A stretch of DNA of 53,260 nucleotides, taken from a virus. Its lineage: Duplodnaviria > Caudoviricetes. Made by a program: the position numbers and the translations under genes. Location of the stretch: IMG/VR virus record IMGVR_UViG_3300036830_000043, positions 1 through 53,260 of that record; one strand, written 5' to 3'. Under the pieces are notes generated by a model. The model saw only the letters and a list, made by a program, of their open reading frames with translations, was not told the origin of the DNA and made no database searches. Shown here piece after piece: positions 37,218 through 44,823 of the stretch (position 1 is its first letter; every line of letters begins with the position of its first letter).

Positions 37218-37263
37218 GTCCACAGCCTACCGCAACGCCTAGCACCGTCAAGCCCCTCCAACG

Positions 37264-37428
37264 GTCGGTCGGTTGTTTTAATATCCGCCAGTAATTTAAA
37301 TATTATTCTCATTATTTATATTGGGCGATTATTCTCCTTACTCTAGTAGTAGGGGTAATAGCGCTAGTTGCAATCATTAATGAATTAGAATAATATTTAA
37401 ATTCCTGTCCACTTAAAAAGAGACCGAC
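37264..37428. repeat. AT-rich long imperfect inverted repeat (candidate origin or packaging site)
   Basis: Perfect 17-bp arms at 37293-37309 and 37387-37403, plus outer GTCGGTC/GACCGAC arms. Confidence 0.75.
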
Positions 37429-37433
37429 ATACC

Positions 37434-37796
37434 ATGACTAACACCCAAATGAAGCTAAACGCCCGCGCGGCCGGTGAGCGCTTCTACCACAGCGGTCAAC
37501 CTTGCAAGCAGGGCCACAACTCTAAGCGCTACGCCAGCACCGGCCAATGCGTTGAGTGCATGACGGGCAAAAGCGACAAGCCCTTGACCGAAGCGCAACA
37601 GCACGCGGTGCAACGCTACAAGCTGGCATTCTTGCTGCCGCTCGAAGCCACGCCCGAACTGTTGCTAGGCTTGGATACCTATATGGTAGATTGTGCCAAG
37701 CGCTACATGGAGCACCACAAGCTGTTGCCCGCATCTCTTATCAACGCTCAAAGTATGGCCCAGTCTACGGGCAAGCCTATCCGCGACTTCCTGTAG
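37434..37796 (+). CDS. Zinc-finger protein related to the HNH N-terminal domain
   Basis: SGQPCKQGH..R.ASTGQCVEC. Confidence 0.7.
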   Translation: MTNTQMKLNARAAGERFYHSGQPCKQGHNSKRYASTGQCVECMTGKSDKPLTEAQQHAVQRYKLAFLLPLEATPELLLGLDTYMVDCAKRYMEHHKLLPASLINAQSMAQSTGKPIRDFL

Positions 37797-38224
37797 CAAC
37801 ATGCAACGCATCAAGCGTAGGCCCAAGGTGGGTGGCAAGCGGCGCCCGCTCAAGGCTTGGGAGTCTGCTAGGCTTGCACGCAACAAGCGCCAGTGCTGCC
37901 GATGCGCCGCTATGCCCCATCCCCACCGTAAGGGCAGCCGCTCCACCATCCGCAGTGGGCGACGCAGCATAGAAGTCCAATGTGAGCCCTGACGCGGCGC
38001 TGTATAATGTGCGTGACGCAGAGCCGACCGCAGCGCATCGGCATGGATTGCCCGCCCTGTGTGTCCGCTCTGCGTCGCTTGCGATTCACCCCATGGAGCG
38101 CGCCCACATGCCAAACATCGAGCCCATCACCTGCGCCCGCGATTGCGACCACTACGAATATTGCAACGATGGTGACCCTGAAAGCTCGCAGGAAGGCAGC
38201 GGGGACGCTGATTTGTACTAGCAC

Positions 38225-38254
38225 TTGACAAGCGTGTCACCTTGGCCCCAAGAT
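38225..38254 (+). promoter_or_regulatory. Promoter TTGACA-N18-CAAGAT with an operator at 38226-38239
   Basis: Near-duplicate of 32350-32378. Confidence 0.65.
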
Positions 38255-38294
38255 GCGCGTACTGCCCACCCCGGGCGCCACGTCAGGTGAACAT

Positions 38295-38501
38295 ATGTTT
38301 GCGTTGATACTTCCCAACGGTCTGATGTATGCCCCCAAGCTGGCATCGACGTTGACCCGCTGCACCGCCCAATGCGCGAAGTGGAAGACGGCCGAAGGCG
38401 CCGCGCTCGCTTGCGACAAGGCCAATGCACAGCGCACCGACAAAGAACCCAAGTTTGAATTGGTAGTGCTCTACCAGGAGGCCGATGTATGCGCAGCATA
38501 A
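38295..38501 (+). CDS. Hypothetical protein
   Basis: AGGTG RBS downstream of the promoter. Confidence 0.5.
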   Translation: MFALILPNGLMYAPKLASTLTRCTAQCAKWKTAEGAALACDKANAQRTDKEPKFELVVLYQEADVCAA

Positions 38502-38797
38502 CCATCCCCCGCATCACGGCCATCACCGTGTTGCTACTCTTCGCGATATGGGCGCATGAGCCGCTGCCCGTCGCTGCCGCCACTGTCCCACCGCCTGCCG
38601 CGTTCGTAAGGGCATCGGACTCACTGACTGTGGCGCCGACCAACCGCAGCTTTGGGCTGTACACCAATGGCGTTGAGTTGGTGCGCGTTGGCCCTACAGG
38701 TCGCATATACATGAAGGGCAAAGAAGTCCACACTGACCCGGAGTATCGCGCAGCCATGATGGCGCTGATGCGCGGGGCCATGGGGTGCCAGCCATGA
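38489..38797 (+). CDS. Exported or membrane hypothetical protein
   Basis: AGGAGG RBS; N-terminal hydrophobic segment. Confidence 0.6.
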   Translation: MRSITIPRITAITVLLLFAIWAHEPLPVAAATVPPPAAFVRASDSLTVAPTNRSFGLYTNGVELVRVGPTGRIYMKGKEVHTDPEYRAAMMALMRGAMGCQP

Positions 38798-39294
38798 ACA
38801 ACAGACGCGAAACGTGGGCCTTCCTCGCGCAATGCGGCCTTGAGTCCACCCGCATACCACGCATCATTGCGCTGCTGATTATCTTGGTGCTGTTGCTGTT
38901 CATCAATGGCCAGGTCAACGCACAGACGGTTGACACCACTGTCAGTGCTCCCATGGTGCCGGTGGCGCCGTTGCCCAAGCAATTGCCTGTTCCTACCCCG
39001 GCCACTGAATGGCTGTTTGATGCAGCGCTCACCGCCGACACGTTGCAGACTTTGTATATCCACAAGATGCTCGGCTATACGGAGATGAACGTCATTGAAG
39101 GGCGCAGGCCCAGTGAGTCCGTCATCATCGGCTACGGTGTCACCTGCGCGGTGCTGCACTACATCGTAACGCGCGAGCTTATCAAGCACAGCACCAACAG
39201 CGTTGTGCAGATGTGGGAGTCCGGCACGCTTGGCCTTGAAGTCATCGTGGTGAAGCGCAACGCATCGTTGGGCGTGCGGTTTTATTTCCCATGA
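38794..39294 (+). CDS. Membrane or exported hypothetical protein
   Basis: TM/signal segment; D..QT...E.N...G..PS motif; ends GVRFYFP. Confidence 0.6.
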   Translation: MNNRRETWAFLAQCGLESTRIPRIIALLIILVLLLFINGQVNAQTVDTTVSAPMVPVAPLPKQLPVPTPATEWLFDAALTADTLQTLYIHKMLGYTEMNVIEGRRPSESVIIGYGVTCAVLHYIVTRELIKHSTNSVVQMWESGTLGLEVIVVKRNASLGVRFYFP

Positions 39295-39767
39295 TTGACC
39301 GCTACAGCATCGGGCGACGCATCAGTGATGGCCGGTGGGCTGTTGCCGATATGGAGGCGCCCATACAGGCTAACCCGGTGTATATCCACACATCGCGCGC
39401 AGCCTGTGAAACGTGGGTGGCCAATGCGCTCAAGCCCGAACCCACACCAGCCGACCTGCCGCCACCCCACGCTGCGCTGGCTCGCGTTGAGGCCATGCAG
39501 AATGAGTTGATAGCGCTGCATGTGAACACGTGGGGTGCCTACGAAGTCCCGCGTTATGGCATTGACGCGCGTGTCAGGCATAAGCCCACGGGCAAGCTGT
39601 GCCGGGTACGCGGCTACATGGCATGGACGCCACCCATCGTGCTATACAGCCTGACCGAAGTGGACGGGGAACAGTTGCCGGACTTGACCCCGTTATCCGA
39701 CATCGAGGCCGTGACAGCACACAACGGTGAGCTAACCCAATGCGATGGCCCGGACTCATATGAGTGA
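39291..39767 (+). CDS. Hypothetical protein
   Basis: ATGA overlap. Confidence 0.6.
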   Translation: MIDRYSIGRRISDGRWAVADMEAPIQANPVYIHTSRAACETWVANALKPEPTPADLPPPHAALARVEAMQNELIALHVNTWGAYEVPRYGIDARVRHKPTGKLCRVRGYMAWTPPIVLYSLTEVDGEQLPDLTPLSDIEAVTAHNGELTQCDGPDSYE

Positions 39768-39966
39768 AACCACGCGATACCGTGGGCTGTGCGGGCATTG
39801 CGGCTGCACCGTTGAAGGTGGGCTAGGCGTGATACGTAGATGGAACGGCGCCGCGCGTCGCTACGCCCCGAAGTACGCGGCCAAGAATGCCATGGGTGTC
39901 ATCACAGCCCTGCATTGTCAACCGTGTGATACGATTTATACAACCAACAGGAGAACCAAGAAGTGA
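39760..39966 (+). CDS. Small zinc-ribbon protein
   Basis: CGHCG...HCQPC. Confidence 0.5.
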   Translation: MSETTRYRGLCGHCGCTVEGGLGVIRRWNGAARRYAPKYAAKNAMGVITALHCQPCDTIYTTNRRTKK

Positions 39967-40631
39967 GTAAGCGATACAGAGTTGAAGCCATTGTGAACAC
40001 TGACCGTGTGGGTGAGTTGCAGATTGACTTCGCCATCATGGATTATTGTGTGCTGCCGGGTCAGTTACCTAAGCAAGCGGCTGTATTCACCACCGCGTTG
40101 CAGGCCGTCGAATGGGCCAAGGTTGCCAACAGCAATGATGACAAGGCAAAAGCTGCGTTTGATTCCATGCCCAAGTTCTTTGGTGTGGACTTCGCTGCGC
40201 CCGGCACCAAAGACCGCACCACCTTCAGCTTCGACGTGGAGACGCATGCCAAGCGCTACTTCATCGGCCCCGGCATGGACAACGCCTTGTATGGTTCGGC
40301 CACGGCCATTGATTCGTTGCGGGCCAAGCTCAATGGGCGCTATCACCGGATTCAGGAGTTGACCAAGGTCAACATCACATTGCGGGCCAACTTGAAGGAT
40401 GCGCAGAGCACCGCCAATGACTTCAAGTCCGAACGCGACAAGCTAGCCGCTGCCTGGCAGGAATGTCACAACCATGAATCAGTGGCGTGTCGCGATGCCC
40501 TAGCCACGGCCCAAGATGACGCCCGGATGGTACGCATACAACGGGATAGCCTACAGCGTCAATTGACCAGGGCAGAAGGTGATTACAGTGAGTTAAAAGG
40601 CGCTGTTATTGCCCTTGCATCGAATCTGTGA
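39963..40631 (+). CDS. Hypothetical protein with a C-terminal coiled coil
   Basis: AGGAG RBS; GTGA overlap; heptad C-terminus. Confidence 0.7.
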   Translation: MSKRYRVEAIVNTDRVGELQIDFAIMDYCVLPGQLPKQAAVFTTALQAVEWAKVANSNDDKAKAAFDSMPKFFGVDFAAPGTKDRTTFSFDVETHAKRYFIGPGMDNALYGSATAIDSLRAKLNGRYHRIQELTKVNITLRANLKDAQSTANDFKSERDKLAAAWQECHNHESVACRDALATAQDDARMVRIQRDSLQRQLTRAEGDYSELKGAVIALASNL

Positions 40632-40669
40632 CACAGTTGGCATACACGGACTGACAGACGCGTCAAGAT
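40627..40669 (+). promoter_or_regulatory. Promoter: CRP-like box 40627-40642, operator 40652-40665, -10-like CAAGAT
   Basis: Same spacing as 29364 and 35240. Confidence 0.55.
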
Positions 40670-40691
40670 AGCACCACGTTAACCAGGAGAT

Positions 40692-40778
40692 ATGACCATG
40701 ATGACTTCCACCCTTGCCTTGATTCTAGTGTCACCCTTCTTGCTGGCCTTCATCGGCCGCGTGGTGTTCGCCCGCTAA
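40692..40778 (+). CDS. 28-aa hydrophobic single-TM peptide
   Basis: AGGAG RBS; MTMMTSTLALILVSPFLLAFIGRVVFAR. Confidence 0.6.
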   Translation: MTMMTSTLALILVSPFLLAFIGRVVFAR

Positions 40779-40849
40779 CAGTCTCCCTGCTGTCGCACAT
40801 AGGGTGTGGCAGCGACCCGTTGGTGGTCATCCCCCGCCAGCGGTTACCT

Positions 40850-40877
40850 AGCCCCCTTCACCGGGGGCTTTTTTTTT
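40850..40877 (+). terminator. Rho-independent terminator
   Basis: AGCCCCC/GGGGGCT stem followed by a T-run. Confidence 0.85.
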
Positions 40878-40936
40878 GTCGGTTGACACGCGTGGCACCA
40901 CATGTGAGACTTGCATCACACTGTAAGGGGATAGCC

Positions 40937-41098
40937 ATGAAAATTGTGATTTGCTTCGCGCTCGCGTACATCTTCCTGGTTGCAGGGATACTGTGGTCCA
41001 TCCATCGGTGGCGCCAGCATCTAAACCGTGACGCCATTCCTGGTTTGGACAAGACCCCGTGCCACAATGGCACCCATGGATACGAAGACACACATTGA
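40937..41098 (+). CDS. Small membrane protein
   Basis: AAGGGG RBS; N-terminal TM helix. Confidence 0.55.
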   Translation: MKIVICFALAYIFLVAGILWSIHRWRQHLNRDAIPGLDKTPCHNGTHGYEDTH

Positions 41099-41234
41099 TG
41101 CACTGCTAGCCCGTCTGAAGGCTGGCGACCCCGCGCGGCAGTCCATCGTGGAGGCCATCATAACGGCCTTCAATGCGCGCCCTGTGCCTCCTGGCACGGT
41201 GTTAGTCCAAGGGTGGGTCCACATAGTCCGTTAA
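41076..41234 (+). CDS. Small hypothetical protein
   Basis: Overlaps the upstream gene; stop converges with the primase stop. Confidence 0.45.
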   Translation: MDTKTHIDALLARLKAGDPARQSIVEAIITAFNARPVPPGTVLVQGWVHIVR

Positions 41235-43636
41235 GGCTTGGCCTTCTGTGCGGCCTCATACGTCGCTTTAATCTGCCCTGCGTCGGTCATCATCAGGGTA
41301 GTGTGGTCATTGCGCACGTACAGCACGGGTCCGGTGGTGCCGTCGCTTAGGAGGCCCGCCACGCGGCCTTCAGGCAGTCCGGGGTGCATCCGGTAGCCCA
41401 ATGACTCAATCATGGCTTGGCGCTGCGCACGGGGCACTGCGCGAGCCCGCCCGGCTGCCGTCAACATCTGGTCTACCTTCACGGAGTTGACCCACCCACC
41501 AGCGAAACCCGGCATACCAGCGCGTGCGGCCTCCAATATCTCCTGTTCCGCTGTGCCGAAGCTCACCAAGATGTGTTCGGCCGTCGATGTGGTCACTGGG
41601 CTATAGTCGGTACGGAAATCAGCGTCAATGGTTTCAGTGGCCAGGTAGTGCGCGACGTGCGCCCATCCATCGCCACCTTTAGCCCACGCCCACAGGGCAC
41701 CGAAATATTCTTGGGTGAGGCCGTCGCGCGCGAGATGTTCAGGGCTCTGCTGTGCAGCGAAGAAGCTGCCAATGCGCCTATCATCGGGCGTCTTGCGGAT
41801 GCCAGCTTTATGGTTGGAATTCATTATGCCGTTGAAGCATATCTCACGAGTCACTTTGTCCACGCCCTTTTGCTCAATCTCCAAGCTGTCTTGGGTAATC
41901 ATAGGCTTGATGGTTTCCCACATGTGGCCGTAGTCATCGGCAATCTTCACATCTTCGAGCGCCACGAATAGGCAACCGTACAGCGACGCATTAAAGTTGC
42001 TGTCCATGTTTTTTGGCGTCGGCTTCTGCGTGTATTTTTTGCTGATGCAGTATTCCATAGTGGCGCTGATGAATGATTTGCCATTGCCGGGCACGCCCTG
42101 AAGGAAGGGCCACCACATGCACTTCTCGCCCTTACGCTGCACCATGAACTTCAGATAGTTGAGCAACACCCGCCAGTCTTGCGGGAACAGCACGTCCAGG
42201 TGGCGCAGGAACGGTGTTACATCGCCAGGAATGGCACGGATGTCAACCGGCAACCATGAGTTTATCCACTTCTGTCCGTCGCGTACCTTGATGGTGCCGG
42301 GTGCCTCGCGCGGCTCGAAGTACATGCCACGCACCTTGGGGAAATCACACACGCCCGATTCAATGAAGGCTTCCCACGCAGATTTGCTTGGCTTCTCGCC
42401 CATCGGTGTGTGGGCAAAGGTGCGCCCCGCGTTGTATTGCGCCTCAAATCGCTTTTGGTCTAAGCCGATACCATCCGGGGTCATGACCTGGTGGACATCT
42501 TGCACATAAGTGCAGCCTGCGAAAAGGTCCAACAATCCATTGACCGGGATGAATGTGCCCTTGGCTGTATTGGCGGGCGCGTACTGCACCACATCGGGGA
42601 TGGGTGGCGCACCGGGTGCCAATCCTTCTACCAGTTGCGTCCCGGTGCTGCCTTGGGGCGGCTGTGGTGCTTCCCGCGGTGGAGGGGGCGCCATCGGCGC
42701 AGGCGCGGCCACTGGTTTATTGCGGCCGGTTGTGGCAAAGGTCTTTTGGCGGGCGCACGCTTTAAGGATGGTATTGCGGAGATAGCCGTCACGCTGTTCC
42801 CACTTGTCGCGTGCCAATCCTGAATCGACCATGAGCCGCAGCATGCGTTCGCAATCGTTGCCGGTCCAAAATGCCAAGTGATTAGCAAGGCTAAGGTCTG
42901 CACTAGATTCATCATATGGTGCCTTTGATGTGTGGTTGGGCGGCAGGTGTCGATTGAGCGCCGCAGCGTTGGCCGTGTACAAATCCGCGAACGTCGCAGC
43001 GCCACCACCAAAGCGGTTGGCCATGCTCTTAGACTTCATGGCCTTATCTAGCAGCGCCTTGTCATCCGTGTCACCTGACCAATCAGGGTGCGGCCGATCA
43101 GTCCATTCACCTTCTGCGGCCTCTTCTTCGGTCTGCACGAAATAGTCCGCGGTGAATTGATGCAATTGCGCTGTAGCGTCATGCGATACAGAGCCCACCG
43201 CGTTGGTGCCGGTCAGCGCGATATAGCGCAGGTCCGTATATAGCTCGATGTGCAGTTGGATATTCTTGGTCTTATGAAGTGGTGGGGCGCCAGCGTAGCT
43301 ACCGAAGATGTGCAGCCCCTTGCCTGACATCGACACTTCGACATAGCAACCAGCGAAGCGCGTCAAGAATGCCTGCGCGAGTGGGGACCACTGGCCATCA
43401 ACCAAGGCGCCGTCGATGTCTACGCAAAACACCCCGTATTCGGGGCGCAGCACGAAGCCGACGCCATAGCCCAAGCCAAGCGCTGCCGCGCACGCTTCGG
43501 CCTCATGTGGATACATCCACGCGGCCGGATTCTGTGCGTCCGTGGGCCAGCCGTTCACGTCCACAGGGGACTTGTCGGCAGCCCGAAATATGATGAACGC
43601 GCGGCGATGGGCCAGCGCGTCTAACAACGGATTCAC
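41231..43636 (-). CDS. Primase-polymerase/helicase (NrS-1-like)
   Basis: DID and S.SGKGLH prim-pol motifs; D.SSAD..L..HLAFWTG helix bundle; Walker A GVPGNGKS; DDRR. Confidence 0.9.
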   Translation of the reverse strand: MNPLLDALAHRRAFIIFRAADKSPVDVNGWPTDAQNPAAWMYPHEAEACAAALGLGYGVGFVLRPEYGVFCVDIDGALVDGQWSPLAQAFLTRFAGCYVEVSMSGKGLHIFGSYAGAPPLHKTKNIQLHIELYTDLRYIALTGTNAVGSVSHDATAQLHQFTADYFVQTEEEAAEGEWTDRPHPDWSGDTDDKALLDKAMKSKSMANRFGGGAATFADLYTANAAALNRHLPPNHTSKAPYDESSADLSLANHLAFWTGNDCERMLRLMVDSGLARDKWEQRDGYLRNTILKACARQKTFATTGRNKPVAAPAPMAPPPPREAPQPPQGSTGTQLVEGLAPGAPPIPDVVQYAPANTAKGTFIPVNGLLDLFAGCTYVQDVHQVMTPDGIGLDQKRFEAQYNAGRTFAHTPMGEKPSKSAWEAFIESGVCDFPKVRGMYFEPREAPGTIKVRDGQKWINSWLPVDIRAIPGDVTPFLRHLDVLFPQDWRVLLNYLKFMVQRKGEKCMWWPFLQGVPGNGKSFISATMEYCISKKYTQKPTPKNMDSNFNASLYGCLFVALEDVKIADDYGHMWETIKPMITQDSLEIEQKGVDKVTREICFNGIMNSNHKAGIRKTPDDRRIGSFFAAQQSPEHLARDGLTQEYFGALWAWAKGGDGWAHVAHYLATETIDADFRTDYSPVTTSTAEHILVSFGTAEQEILEAARAGMPGFAGGWVNSVKVDQMLTAAGRARAVPRAQRQAMIESLGYRMHPGLPEGRVAGLLSDGTTGPVLYVRNDHTTLMMTDAGQIKATYEAAQKAKP

Positions 43637-43918
43637 TTAGGCCGCTATGGCTGCCAGTGCTTCTTCGCGGCGCTTCTTTTCCAAACGTCGCGCAGTCAAA
43701 TCACCGGCCACAAGCGCCTGCGATATGATGATGTTGTTGTTGGTGCGGATGGCTTCGAGCACCACCGCCTTGCGCAGCGCCTTCATGGTGCCCCAATTGC
43801 TGTTGACTGTGCCCATGCCAATCTTCAGCTTGGTGGCCACGTGGCGTTTGAGCACGTTTTGATAGCCGAGTGTTTCCGACAGTTTGACTGCTGCGGCCAG
43901 GATTTTCGCTTTGTACAA
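43637..43918 (-). CDS. TetR-like HTH transcriptional regulator
   Basis: ILAAAVKL...GY..V....VA..L....GTV...WGTM..LR pattern. Confidence 0.75.
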   Translation of the reverse strand: MYKAKILAAAVKLSETLGYQNVLKRHVATKLKIGMGTVNSNWGTMKALRKAVVLEAIRTNNNIIISQALVAGDLTARRLEKKRREEALAAIAA

Positions 43919-43951
43919 GGGTGATTCTCCGGTTGGTTAACAAGTATGGGC

Positions 43952-43965
43952 TGACAGTGGCGTCA
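43952..43965. promoter_or_regulatory. Operator in the promoter spacer of the TetR-like gene
   Basis: TGACagtggcGTCA between TAGACA and CATACT on the minus strand. Confidence 0.65.
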
Positions 43966-43969
43966 CTGT

Positions 43970-44437
43970 CTATAGGCTGCCCGGCCCGGTAACTATTGCA
44001 GCATCGCCGCCATGTGTGTTAATGAGCGCGGCCCATTTAAGCTGCGCTTGCTCTTCGGGCGAGTTGGTCCACTTCCACGTGGCACGCTTGACTTCGCGGC
44101 TGACGAACTGTGCCACGATGGTGCCGACATCTCCGGCCACTATCAGCTTCGAGCGGAAACCGATCAAGTCCCCTGACTTCACGGCAGCGTTCATGGCAGG
44201 CGTGTCATTGGCCAGGCCCCACCGCACGAAGCTGCCACTATCGAGCATGCCAGCGCCCACGTTATTGCGGAATAGGTAGACGTTGCGGCGCTGTGCTGCT
44301 TCGAGCCGCACCAACGATTGCTGCCGTGACTCACTGCCATCATCAGTGGCAGGCGGTATGTACGTGATGGATGTGGCTAGATCGCGCAGTGCATCGGCGG
44401 ATATGCCCCACTTGCGCGCCCACTCCAACAACGTCAT
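43970..44437 (-). CDS. VRR-NUC family nuclease
   Basis: ES..Q, FRNNVG, SGDLIG, EVKR, EQAQ.KW motifs. Confidence 0.85.
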   Translation of the reverse strand: MTLLEWARKWGISADALRDLATSITYIPPATDDGSESRQQSLVRLEAAQRRNVYLFRNNVGAGMLDSGSFVRWGLANDTPAMNAAVKSGDLIGFRSKLIVAGDVGTIVAQFVSREVKRATWKWTNSPEEQAQLKWAALINTHGGDAAIVTGPGSL

Positions 44438-44564
44438 AGGGTGCGCTCTACTCGCACGTGGTCCCAATGTGCCACGAACGCTGACGCGTGGGAGATGCTA
44501 CGGGCCAGCAGCCAATAGGTGAAGCCGCTGCCGATTGCAAAAGACACTGTGACTTTGTAGCGTT

Positions 44565-44822
44565 TCATTGTCCATACACCATCTTGGTTAGGAAGATTGC
44601 ACACAGCGAGCCCGTGCCGCCACCGCAAACGCAACCGACCAGCGCAGGCCATGTGCGGTTGTCTTTGCCTTCGATGAACTTCACGGCAAACCAAAAATTG
44701 TTGCCGCTGATAATCATATCAGTGACCAGCGTGGCCCAGTAGTTGCCCTGCACATACGCGCGGCCATTCGCCACCAGCAGAGCGTAGAGCCAGAATTCTG
44801 CCGCGAACCAAAACGCGAACAC
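44565..44822 (-). CDS. Small multi-TM membrane protein
   Basis: Hydrophobic segments; GGGTGS..AIFL. Confidence 0.55.
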   Translation of the reverse strand: MFAFWFAAEFWLYALLVANGRAYVQGNYWATLVTDMIISGNNFWFAVKFIEGKDNRTWPALVGCVCGGGTGSLCAIFLTKMVYGQ

Positions 44823-44823
44823 T

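Noticed and set aside
40779-40877. tRNA gene
   Set aside because: Three independent hairpins with no acceptor stem, T-loop consensus or CCA
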